Of a stretch of DNA of 64,000 nucleotides, positions 27,970-36,778 are shown piece by piece. The notes under the pieces are model-generated. The model was not told the DNA's origin. It made no database searches and saw only the letters and a program-made list of their open reading frames with translations. Numbering within the stretch: the stretch's first letter is position 1; every line of letters begins with the position of its first letter. The stretch is from positions 3,695-67,694 of the forward strand of contig JBDLIQ010000006.1 in the NCBI GenBank assembly GCA_039714775.1, read 5' to 3'. The translations under genes were made by a program, and so were the position numbers. The DNA is from Bacteroidota bacterium. Its GTDB lineage: Bacteria > Bacteroidota > Bacteroidia > Bacteroidales > GCA-2748055.

Positions 27970-28998
27970 ATGCACCACAACTTCTTAAGACCGGCACTGA
28001 CACTGATATTTGGCGTGGCCCTGATGTATCTCTATGGCCAGAAACCACCTCCTCCGGGACAGGTACCCAGCGGGGAGAGGGCGGTTAACGAGGCCTACCT
28101 GTTTGCCCATATGACGCACCAGGACTATGGAAAACTCTACTATTCCGTAAGCCTGGACGGACTGCATTGGGAGAAGATCAACAGGGGCAAGAGGATTTTC
28201 GATGAATACCGCGGACATCCCGATATCTGCAAGGGGCACGATGGGAGGTATTACCTGCCAGGGAATCCTGAAGGAGATGCACCGGTGATCCATATCTGGG
28301 TCTCCGATGACCTGATTACGTGGGAGTATTACGTGGAGTACACCCCTGCCCTCTCCAAAACACCCGGGTATAAAGATGCGCTTCCCCGCATCGGCGCTCC
28401 CAAGCTCTTCTTCGACGAGGCTTCGGGGAGATACCTGCTCACATGGCATACACCCCATGTGGATGACCCCAGCGATCCTGAACGTTACTGGGCCAGCCAG
28501 CGTACACTCTATGTGACCTCAACCAATCTGAAGCGTTTTCCGGAAACACCACACCGGCTCTTTGACTGGGAGATGGGGACCATCGATGTCTTTATCAGAA
28601 AGATAGACAACCGCTATTATGCCATTCTTAAGGATGAAAAATATCCCTCCATGGAGTGGGTGACCGGAAAAACCATACGGATCTGCAGTTCAGATTCGCT
28701 GCTGGGACCCTGGTCATATCCCATGGATCCGGTCAGCCCCAACTTCAGGGAGGCCCCCATGCTTATCCCCTCCCCTGATAACAAAGCCTGGTACCTCTAT
28801 TATGAACAGTACCCCGGCGTATCGTACGGTCTCTCCGTCTCTCATACCCTTCACGGACCCTGGTACCAGGTTTCCGGCTATACCTTCTACCATGACTGGG
28901 ATCAGTACGCCCTCCCCCCCTCTGTCAGGCATGGCTGTATGATCACCATCTCAAGGAAACAGTACGACCAACTGGTTGACAACTTTGGAAAAAAATAA
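27970..28998 (+). CDS. GH43-like (clan GH-F) five-bladed beta-propeller hydrolase
   Basis: 342 aa with a signal peptide. Blade-like blocks: LFAHMTHQDYGKLYYSVSLDGLHWEKIN, GHPDICKGHDGRYYL, APKLFFDEASGRYLLTWHT, REAPMLIPSPDNKAWYLYYEQY, late VRHGCMITISRKQYDQL. The family-level call is tentative. Confidence 0.5.
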   Translation: MHHNFLRPALTLIFGVALMYLYGQKPPPPGQVPSGERAVNEAYLFAHMTHQDYGKLYYSVSLDGLHWEKINRGKRIFDEYRGHPDICKGHDGRYYLPGNPEGDAPVIHIWVSDDLITWEYYVEYTPALSKTPGYKDALPRIGAPKLFFDEASGRYLLTWHTPHVDDPSDPERYWASQRTLYVTSTNLKRFPETPHRLFDWEMGTIDVFIRKIDNRYYAILKDEKYPSMEWVTGKTIRICSSDSLLGPWSYPMDPVSPNFREAPMLIPSPDNKAWYLYYEQYPGVSYGLSVSHTLHGPWYQVSGYTFYHDWDQYALPPSVRHGCMITISRKQYDQLVDNFGKK

Positions 28999-29027
28999 TA
29001 TATTGTAATCCTCGAAGAGAGAGGCAA

Positions 29028-29036
29028 GGGGGGGGG
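29028..29036 (+). repeat. G9 homopolymer tract 6 nt upstream of the CotH-family start codon
   Basis: Read directly: ...gaggcaaGGGGGGGGGatcagaATG. Confidence 0.9.
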
Positions 29037-29042
29037 ATCAGA

Positions 29043-32000
29043 ATGAGCAGGATAAAACTTATTATTTTCGCATGTGTAATAACAACAGGGATATCATACA
29101 GTCAGATCCTTATAAACGAGGTATGCGCATCAAATATGAGTGTAATTCAGGATGTGCAGGGTGATCACCCCGACTGGATCGAAATCCTGAATACCGGACC
29201 GGATACAGTGAACCTTGCGGATTACTGCCTGAGCGACGACCCGGCGAATCTTTCAAAATGGTGTTTTCCTGAACACCCAATATATCCGGGAGAACATTTG
29301 ATCATATTCGCATCAGGAAAGGATATCTCTTCATCTGCCGGAACCTGGAACACCCTCATTAACCATGGTGATGCGTGGAGATACATCCTGCCGGCTGCAG
29401 ACCTTTCGGGGGAGTGGAGAAACAGGGGATTCGATGATTCGGGCTGGTCCGCCGGCCCGAGCGGATTTGGTTATGGGGATGGTGATGATGCAACAGAGAT
29501 ACCTGCTGCCATTTCGATCTTTCTGCGAAAGCGCTTCACACTGGAAGATACCTCAGGAATCACAGCCTGTATATTACATCTTGATTATGATGATGGATTT
29601 GTGGCCTATATCAATGGCCGTGAAATTGCCAGGGATGGCATCATGGGAAATCCTCCTGACAACAAATCCACAGCCACAGTCGGAAGAGAAGCCATCATGT
29701 ATAGTGGTGGAGAGCCTCTTCCTTTCTATGTGAATGAGCTGACGGGACTGCTACAGCCGGGAGAGAATATACTGGCTATCCAGGTCCACAATATTTCAGC
29801 GGGCTCATCGGATCTGACAGCCATTCCTTTTCTTTCTGTCCTGGCTCCCCGGCAACCTCCTGAACCTGCACCGGAGATCCTGAACCTGAGGGGCAACCAT
29901 TTTCATACAAACTTCAAACTGGATGCAAATGGTGAATCTCTTTATCTGACCGGACCTGGTGGCATGATGGTCGATTCAATAGAGATCCCCTATATCCCTC
30001 CCAACCACTCCTATGGAAGAGACGAAACGATGCAGGAGAGATGGGGGGTGTTTGAGATTCCGACACCAGGGGAACCAAATAATACGACGATCTATGATGG
30101 TTATGTTGATGCGTTGCCCCTATTCTCCGCTCAGGGAGGGTATTTTCCGGCCCCGTTCCAGTTAGCCATCAACGCACCAACACCAGGAGACACCATCTAC
30201 TATTCGGTCGACGGGACCGATCCGGATCTCAACTCACCTCTCTACCAGGGACCCATTGAGGTTGCCAGTGACATGGTTGTCCGTGCCAGGATCATTCAAA
30301 CCGGTTCGCTCCCTGGAAGAACTTTGACACGGACATTTTTCAGCAATTCAGGCAATGGACTCCCTGTTCTCTGTGTGAGTACCGATCCATACAACCTCTG
30401 GGATAACGAAAACGGCATCTATGTGAAGGGGGACAATGCGCAAACCAGTTTCCCCTTCTTTGGTTCAAATTTCTGGGAGGACTGGGAGAGAGAGGCAAGT
30501 ATTGAGTTATATGATGAGAAGGGAGATTCAGCATTCAGTCTGAATGCCGGAATAAAGATTTATGGAGGATGGTCAAGGGGACACCCGCAAAAATCGATGG
30601 CCATCTTTGCCAGGAAACAGTACGGGACCGGTAAAATCAAATACAGGCTGTTTGAAGATAAGGAGATATCTGAATTTGAATCGATCATTATCAGGAACTC
30701 AGGAAACGACTGGTTTGGTCTGAATCAGGAATCGGGTAGCATGTTCCGGGATCCGCTGATGACACGTCTGACCCGAAATATGGATATAGAGCATCTGGCT
30801 TCCAGGCAGGCTGTGATATACATCAATGGTGAATACTGGGGGATTCAAAATATAAGGGAGAAGGTAAATGAACATTTTCTCTCTTCAAACAAAGGGGTGG
30901 ATCCGGACAATCTGGAGCTGCTGGAGTCAGATTACAGGGTGATACAGGGAGATAATCAACACTATGTGGCCCTACTCGATTTTCTGAACTCAAATGATGT
31001 GATGAATCCGCAGAATTATGCATGGATCAAATCCCAAATGGATATTCAGAATTTTATCAACTACCAGCTGGCTCAGATCTATTATGACAACAGGGACTGG
31101 CCGGGTAATAATATAAAATACTGGAGGCCGGATACCCCCAAAGGCAAGTGGAGATGGATCATGTATGATACCGATTTTGGGTTTGGAATGTGGGACAAGA
31201 ACAAAGTCTATTACAACACGCTGGCATTTGCCACTGATGCCAATGGCCCGGGATGGCCGAATCCCCCATGGTCCACATTTATGCTGAGAAAGCTACTCAG
31301 AAACCAGGAGTTTGGAACCCTCTTTATTAACTCATTTGCCGACCAGATCAATACCAGCTTCCATACAGAGAGTGTGGACCGGCAGATCGATGAGATGAGA
31401 AACGCGATCCTTAATGAGATGTCCAACCATGCAGTCCGGTGGGGAGGTTCATACAGCAACTGGTTAAGCCGGAGTAACGAACTAAAGGATTTTGCAAGGT
31501 TGCGACCTGATATCATGAGGAGGCATATCGAGAATCACTTTGGTCTCACCGAACAGTGGGAACTGGGAGTCGATGTAAGCGATCAGGATGCCGGCTATGT
31601 GCATCTCAACACAATCTTCCTGAACGATTTTCCATGGTCAGGCATCTATTTTCAGGATGTTCCCGTTCAAATCACCGCAATTCCAAAAACAGGATACCGT
31701 TTTACAGGGTGGAGCGGAGGGGTAGTCTCCGGCTCCCCGTTGATAGAGATAGATCTGAATTCGGCATTAACGGTGACCGCAAATTTTGAAATTGATCCTG
31801 GCGACAGCATCATCCCGATCGTTATCAATGAGATATGCTACATACAGGATCCTGTGTCCGACAGCGAGGACTGGCTGGAGCTCTTCAATAACAGTGACCA
31901 TTATATTGATATCTCGGAATGGATCCTGAAAGATTCAGATGATGCTCATTTTTATTCAATTAAGCCAGGAACCCTGCTATCTCCCCACGGTTACCATGTG

Positions 32001-32588
32001 GTTTGCCGCAACCTGGGTGCATTTGAAACGGTCTATCCGGAGGTGAAAAACTACGAGGGAGAATTTGGGTTCGGATTAAGTAGCAGCGGAGATATGGTCA
32101 GGCTCTATACCCATGATACGGTACTGGTCGATTCGGTAAACTATGGAATTTCCAGTCCGTGGCCAACCATACCCGCCGGAAGCGGACAGACTTTGGCGCT
32201 GAACTCACCCTATGCGGACAATTCATTGGGAGAATCGTGGGAATTATCCAGTGAAAGCACGGGAACTCCAGGGCTTGATAACGCTTTCATCCCGGGTACC
32301 GGATCGGAGAGGCTGATTCATCCAGAAGATATCCTCTACCAGAACAGCCCCAATCCATTTTCGCATGAAACAAAGATCATCTTCTTCTCAGGCACCGTCC
32401 AGCATGTCAGGATCTCTGTATATGACCTGAATGGCCGGCTGGTGGAGATCCTTTCCGATCAAACCCTTGAAACCGGATACCACGAATTCAACTGGATTCC
32501 GCGGAACCGGGCTGATGGTATCTACATCCTCAGGGCAGATACCCCGGGAGAGGTGCATGTCAGTAAAATGATCAAATCATCCAGGTAG
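29043..32588 (+). CDS. CotH-family protein with two lamin-tail (LTD) domains and T9SS CTD
   Basis: 1181 aa. LTD motifs: ILINEVCASN ... DWIEILNTGPDTVNLADYCLSDD and IVINEICY ... DWLELFNNSDHYIDISEWILKDSD. CotH core: QKSMAIFARK ... IIIRNSGNDW ... AVIYINGEYWGIQNIREKVNEHFL. Chitobiase-C-like segment: GGYFPAPFQLAINAPTPGDTIYYSVDGTDPD. CTD: LYQNSPNPFSHETKIIFF ... GIYILRAD. Confidence 0.78.
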   Translation: MSRIKLIIFACVITTGISYSQILINEVCASNMSVIQDVQGDHPDWIEILNTGPDTVNLADYCLSDDPANLSKWCFPEHPIYPGEHLIIFASGKDISSSAGTWNTLINHGDAWRYILPAADLSGEWRNRGFDDSGWSAGPSGFGYGDGDDATEIPAAISIFLRKRFTLEDTSGITACILHLDYDDGFVAYINGREIARDGIMGNPPDNKSTATVGREAIMYSGGEPLPFYVNELTGLLQPGENILAIQVHNISAGSSDLTAIPFLSVLAPRQPPEPAPEILNLRGNHFHTNFKLDANGESLYLTGPGGMMVDSIEIPYIPPNHSYGRDETMQERWGVFEIPTPGEPNNTTIYDGYVDALPLFSAQGGYFPAPFQLAINAPTPGDTIYYSVDGTDPDLNSPLYQGPIEVASDMVVRARIIQTGSLPGRTLTRTFFSNSGNGLPVLCVSTDPYNLWDNENGIYVKGDNAQTSFPFFGSNFWEDWEREASIELYDEKGDSAFSLNAGIKIYGGWSRGHPQKSMAIFARKQYGTGKIKYRLFEDKEISEFESIIIRNSGNDWFGLNQESGSMFRDPLMTRLTRNMDIEHLASRQAVIYINGEYWGIQNIREKVNEHFLSSNKGVDPDNLELLESDYRVIQGDNQHYVALLDFLNSNDVMNPQNYAWIKSQMDIQNFINYQLAQIYYDNRDWPGNNIKYWRPDTPKGKWRWIMYDTDFGFGMWDKNKVYYNTLAFATDANGPGWPNPPWSTFMLRKLLRNQEFGTLFINSFADQINTSFHTESVDRQIDEMRNAILNEMSNHAVRWGGSYSNWLSRSNELKDFARLRPDIMRRHIENHFGLTEQWELGVDVSDQDAGYVHLNTIFLNDFPWSGIYFQDVPVQITAIPKTGYRFTGWSGGVVSGSPLIEIDLNSALTVTANFEIDPGDSIIPIVINEICYIQDPVSDSEDWLELFNNSDHYIDISEWILKDSDDAHFYSIKPGTLLSPHGYHVVCRNLGAFETVYPEVKNYEGEFGFGLSSSGDMVRLYTHDTVLVDSVNYGISSPWPTIPAGSGQTLALNSPYADNSLGESWELSSESTGTPGLDNAFIPGTGSERLIHPEDILYQNSPNPFSHETKIIFFSGTVQHVRISVYDLNGRLVEILSDQTLETGYHEFNWIPRNRADGIYILRADTPGEVHVSKMIKSSR

Positions 32589-32599
32589 GGGCCCATGTT

Positions 32600-35500
32600 T
32601 TAGTACATCTCAGAAGGATTCTTCCCAAACATCTTCTTAAAGGACTTGCAGAAATGGGAAGGATCGTAGAATCCCACCTTGTATGATATCTCCGAGACAG
32701 ACAACCTGTTTTCCTGAATCAGCCTGTATGCTTCATCCAGCCTGATTTTTCTTATAAATCCGGTGGTGTTCAGCCCTGTGAGTTTTTTAAGCTTGGTATG
32801 CAGGAGTGACCTGCTTACATTAGCCTCAGAGCACAGCATTTCGACATCTAACCCATTATCATCCAGGCGCCTTCGAACCGTCTCTGTCAGGTGCTTGATA
32901 AACATCTGATCCCTATTCCCCAACTGTTCAACACCCTCTGGGAATTTTTCAAAACCAGACAGATGACTACGCAGGATTTCCCGGGATCTCAGGATATTCC
33001 TCACCTGCAGATCCAGCTCCTTCAGTTTGAAAGGTTTGGACAGGTAGACATCTGCACCCCTGAACAACCCCTCTTCCCGGGATTCTGCATCGGCTTTGGA
33101 GGTCAGCAACACCACCGGGATATGAGAGGTTTCAATGGAATCCTTAACAGCATTACAAAGGGTAAATCCATCCATTTCCGGCATCATGATATCACTGATG
33201 ATCAGGTCGGGTTGGTTCTTTTTAATCCATTTCAGGGCTTTCGCCCCGTCTCCGGCGATGCTCACTTTAAAAATCCCTGAGAAGTGATGCTTTAATAAAG
33301 ATGCAAGCTCCGTATTGTCCTCCACGATCAGAAGTTCATATTTGGTACTGGAAGTGTAATCTGCAAGATCAAATTCCACTTCGGGTTCACTTTCAAGATC
33401 AAGCAAGGTGTATTGCAGGTTGACAGTAGAATGCCTTTCAATAAACTGCTCATCCTGGATCAATTCGGGTGAAGGATTCTGAACCAACGGCAATTGCACT
33501 ACCGCCATGGTCCCTCCCTCCTGTGGAGTGGAAATAATGATCTTCCCGCCCAGGTAATTCACCAGGCTTTTCACCAGTGCAAGACCGATCCCGCTTCCCG
33601 GAAATTCACCTGATTCAGAAAGCGTAAAAGGTTCAAAAAGATATTTCAGCTTATCCGGCAGAATTCCCGGTCCGTTATCTGTTACAGTGATGATCAGATC
33701 ACCAGTTATCTCCCCGGTAGGGCTTGCCAGATGACCCTTAGCTAAGATCTTGACATCCATACCGATTTCACCTGGTTTTGTGAACGATTTACAGGAATTG
33801 CTGATCAGGTTAGAGAGAATCTTCTCCAGTTTATCGGCATCGAAGTAGACGATGTAAGAACTTATATTGGATGTGAACACACCCTTCACAGAACTCTTTT
33901 CCAGAAGGGGTTGAAAAGATTCAAATGTTGATCTCAGGAAGGTAACCACATCCCCTTTATTGTATTTTATCCTGGCATGATCCGTTTCGATCTTTCTAAA
34001 ATCCATTAGTTGGTTGATCAGTACCAGCAACCGCACAGCATTTTTGCGCATCAGGATCCCGTAATCCTTTGCCACAGGCAGCAGCTGTTCATAGTTCATC
34101 AAATGTTCCAGGGTAGCAATGATCAGGGTCAGGGGAGTCTTGAATTCATGGCTTATGTAGGTAAAAAAGTTGAGGCGATGCTTGCTGATCTCCTCATTTT
34201 TCTCCTTTTCCACCCGGGCCAGACGGACGTTCAAAATCTCCCTCTGCCTGATCGTATAGAGCCGGATGGACAACAGTGTTGCCGCAACCAGAATAATGCC
34301 GTAAAGAGCAAATCCCCAGACAGATAACCAAAATGGTGGCTTCATGTACAATGAGATCGTTCTCTCCTCATCGGGCCAGGCACCTCCGCCTCCGGATGCT
34401 TTCAGGTGGAATACATAGTATCCCTGCGAAAGATTGGTGTAGGTTGCACTGCGTTGATTTCCTACATAATTCCACCCCTCTTCCAACCCCTCCAGGTAAA
34501 ATGCATATTCAGTATTTCCGGGAGAGATGTAGTTCAGCGCTACGTATTCAAAGGTCAGTACTTTGTGCTTGTGTCTCAGTCGGATATCGTCCTGAAAGTC
34601 AATACAGGTAGAGAGAATATCCGCTTCTCCAATCCTGAGTGACCTGTTGGATAGTTTAAAATCGGTAAAATGAACAACAGGCCGGTATACCATATCCTCC
34701 AGCGCCGCTGGGTCAAAATAGGTGAGACCGTTGACCGCACCGAAATAGAGCGTACCATCTGATGCGGATAATGCCGAATTAAAATTGAACTGGTTTCCTA
34801 TTAAACCGTCGTTCTCAGTAAAGTTCACAAATTCCCCGGTGACCGGATCGAACATGGAGAGTCCCCTGCCTGTGCTAATCCAGAGCATGCCCGACGAATC
34901 TTCAGTAATTGCGTACACCGTGTTATCGGGCAGTCCCTCCTCTACGGTATAGGTTGTAAAATGATCCCTTGAGTAGTCATATCTCAGCAGTCCCCCCTCC
35001 ATGGTACCGAACCAGGCCTCCCCCCGTCTGTCGAAATAGGAGAAGATAATCCGGTTACTCCGGATATCCCGGTCGCTACTCATCCTGTAGTGCGTAATCT
35101 CCATCCCCTGGTCAATCCGGTAGAAACCCTCTCCCTTTGAACAGACCCAGATATTTCCCCGGGGATCCTCTTCCACATCGTGAACAAAAATACCGCTAAA
35201 AAAATCAGACCCCCAGGTTTTAAAATCATTATCATTCTTCTCTTTCATATAGAGTCCTTCAATGGAACCCACCCAGGTGCGCTCTTGCGAATCAATATGT
35301 ATGGAGAACAGAGATTTTGAGTATACATTTTCTTCCAGCTCAGCAGGGAGGACAAGCTCGATTCTTTCAATACTCCCGTCTTTTGCATTATACCTGTGCA
35401 ATCCTCCAATAAAAGTGCCGATCCATATGTTTCCCTCCGCATCTTCTTCTAATGCATGAACATTATTGGAAGAGAGAGAGCTTGGATCCCCTGGTATATT

Positions 35501-36778
35501 CTTCAGGTATGAAAAGGTTTTCTCCCGGCGATCCAGAATAGTAATGCCTCCATCTTCGGTGGCTATCCACAATTTCCCGTCCTTTGCTTCAATCATCTCA
35601 CTAACGGCATTTCCGCTTAAACCCTCTCTGCCGCCGTCAGCATATGTTTTAAAGAAAACTTTTGGCTTCAGGCTGGTGTAGTTAGCTCCCCCGAAATAGG
35701 TTCCGATCCACATCAGGTTGTCCCGGCTCCTGAAAATAGAATATATCGCTTTATCATTCAATCCCTTCTCAAACGGATTGAAATTCTGGCCGTAGAACTG
35801 AAAAACCTCCGAAACTGGATTATATATATAAAGGCCCGATTCCGTGCCGATCCATAGACAGCCATTCATATCCTCATGGATGTCCCTGACAAAATTATCT
35901 TCGATGGGATTTACACCCTGTGGAAGCTTCAGGGAATAGAACCTGTCGGTGGAGGGATCATAATAACCCACTCCATCCCTCTTGGTACCCAGCCAGACCT
36001 TACCTCCGGAGTCTTTGAACATGCACTCAATATTTTCTGATGACATGTCAAAGTCGCCCACGTTTCCAATTGAATTCGAATATCTCCTGCTCATTTCGCC
36101 ATCGGTATTCAATACCAGAATTCCCTCGGACTCCAGGGCCCAGATAATACCGGTCCTGAATTCACAAAGCCTCCTGATATCCTGATGATCTCCCAGTTGC
36201 CTGATCTCAAGATTTTCGTTCACCCTGTAAAGTCCAGTGGAGGTAGAGATCACTACATCACCCGATGTCAGCTGAATAATGCAATCAGCATTATCAAGGC
36301 TTTCCTGCTGAAAGAGCAGTTCAATAAATGAATCTGTTGTTTTATCGTAGACACAGGCACCCGTTTGTGTTCCCACAAATAAACTTCCCCTCTCTGAAAC
36401 CAGAAGGCATCCAATAGTATTTCCCGGGAGGCCCGATATCTCCTCACGATAATATGACTTGATGGTATACCCGTCAAATCTGTTCAGTCCTACCGATGTG
36501 GCGATCCATATAAAACCCTCCTGGTCCTGGACAATATCGAGAACGGTATTATTGGTCAGTCCCTGTATGGAAGTGATCTGCTCGAACTGAAGGTTGCTAT
36601 AAACACCCCTGTCGGACGAATACAAAAGCAGCCCGGGAAACATGAACAGGAGAACCCATAATGACTTTCTGTATGACTGATAGTGATTGAACATGATATC
36701 TGCTATTCCAGACAAATGTACGAAAAGCTGAGATCGTGTACTACTTAAGGATTTTAATAAAAGGGAGTTATGAACCAA
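32600..36778 (-). CDS. Hybrid two-component system sensor kinase/response regulator with AraC-type HTH (HTCS2, paralog of HTCS1)
   Basis: Same domain order as HTCS1, with long stretches of identical sequence (for example FFTYISHEFKTPLTLIIATLEH and LLIVEDN.ELAS.LKHHFSG.FKV). The likely true start is ATG 36694 (MFNHYQSYRKSLWVLLFMFPGLLLYSS). The track start at 36778 overlaps the upstream gene. Confidence 0.9.
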   Translation of the reverse strand: MVHNSLLLKSLSSTRSQLFVHLSGIADIMFNHYQSYRKSLWVLLFMFPGLLLYSSDRGVYSNLQFEQITSIQGLTNNTVLDIVQDQEGFIWIATSVGLNRFDGYTIKSYYREEISGLPGNTIGCLLVSERGSLFVGTQTGACVYDKTTDSFIELLFQQESLDNADCIIQLTSGDVVISTSTGLYRVNENLEIRQLGDHQDIRRLCEFRTGIIWALESEGILVLNTDGEMSRRYSNSIGNVGDFDMSSENIECMFKDSGGKVWLGTKRDGVGYYDPSTDRFYSLKLPQGVNPIEDNFVRDIHEDMNGCLWIGTESGLYIYNPVSEVFQFYGQNFNPFEKGLNDKAIYSIFRSRDNLMWIGTYFGGANYTSLKPKVFFKTYADGGREGLSGNAVSEMIEAKDGKLWIATEDGGITILDRREKTFSYLKNIPGDPSSLSSNNVHALEEDAEGNIWIGTFIGGLHRYNAKDGSIERIELVLPAELEENVYSKSLFSIHIDSQERTWVGSIEGLYMKEKNDNDFKTWGSDFFSGIFVHDVEEDPRGNIWVCSKGEGFYRIDQGMEITHYRMSSDRDIRSNRIIFSYFDRRGEAWFGTMEGGLLRYDYSRDHFTTYTVEEGLPDNTVYAITEDSSGMLWISTGRGLSMFDPVTGEFVNFTENDGLIGNQFNFNSALSASDGTLYFGAVNGLTYFDPAALEDMVYRPVVHFTDFKLSNRSLRIGEADILSTCIDFQDDIRLRHKHKVLTFEYVALNYISPGNTEYAFYLEGLEEGWNYVGNQRSATYTNLSQGYYVFHLKASGGGGAWPDEERTISLYMKPPFWLSVWGFALYGIILVAATLLSIRLYTIRQREILNVRLARVEKEKNEEISKHRLNFFTYISHEFKTPLTLIIATLEHLMNYEQLLPVAKDYGILMRKNAVRLLVLINQLMDFRKIETDHARIKYNKGDVVTFLRSTFESFQPLLEKSSVKGVFTSNISSYIVYFDADKLEKILSNLISNSCKSFTKPGEIGMDVKILAKGHLASPTGEITGDLIITVTDNGPGILPDKLKYLFEPFTLSESGEFPGSGIGLALVKSLVNYLGGKIIISTPQEGGTMAVVQLPLVQNPSPELIQDEQFIERHSTVNLQYTLLDLESEPEVEFDLADYTSSTKYELLIVEDNTELASLLKHHFSGIFKVSIAGDGAKALKWIKKNQPDLIISDIMMPEMDGFTLCNAVKDSIETSHIPVVLLTSKADAESREEGLFRGADVYLSKPFKLKELDLQVRNILRSREILRSHLSGFEKFPEGVEQLGNRDQMFIKHLTETVRRRLDDNGLDVEMLCSEANVSRSLLHTKLKKLTGLNTTGFIRKIRLDEAYRLIQENRLSVSEISYKVGFYDPSHFCKSFKKMFGKNPSEMY
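36688..36721 (+). promoter_or_regulatory. Degenerate copy of the TGAAC-N4-RTAC x2 element at the HTCS2 start codon
   Basis: TGAACatgaTATCtgctattccaGACaaatGTAC. It aligns with copy A (tgatTGAAC.tga ... aaatGTAC.aaa), but half-site 1 has lost GTAC and half-site 2 has lost TGA. It points into the 3' end of a minus-strand gene, not towards a SusC gene. Confidence 0.3.

Noticed and set aside
32589-32599. Searched for a bidirectional terminator between the convergent CotH1 and HTCS2 genes
   Set aside because: Only 11 nt (gggcccatgtt) separate the two stop codons, and no stem-loop is possible. Any termination signal must lie inside the coding sequences, and nothing supportable was seen.
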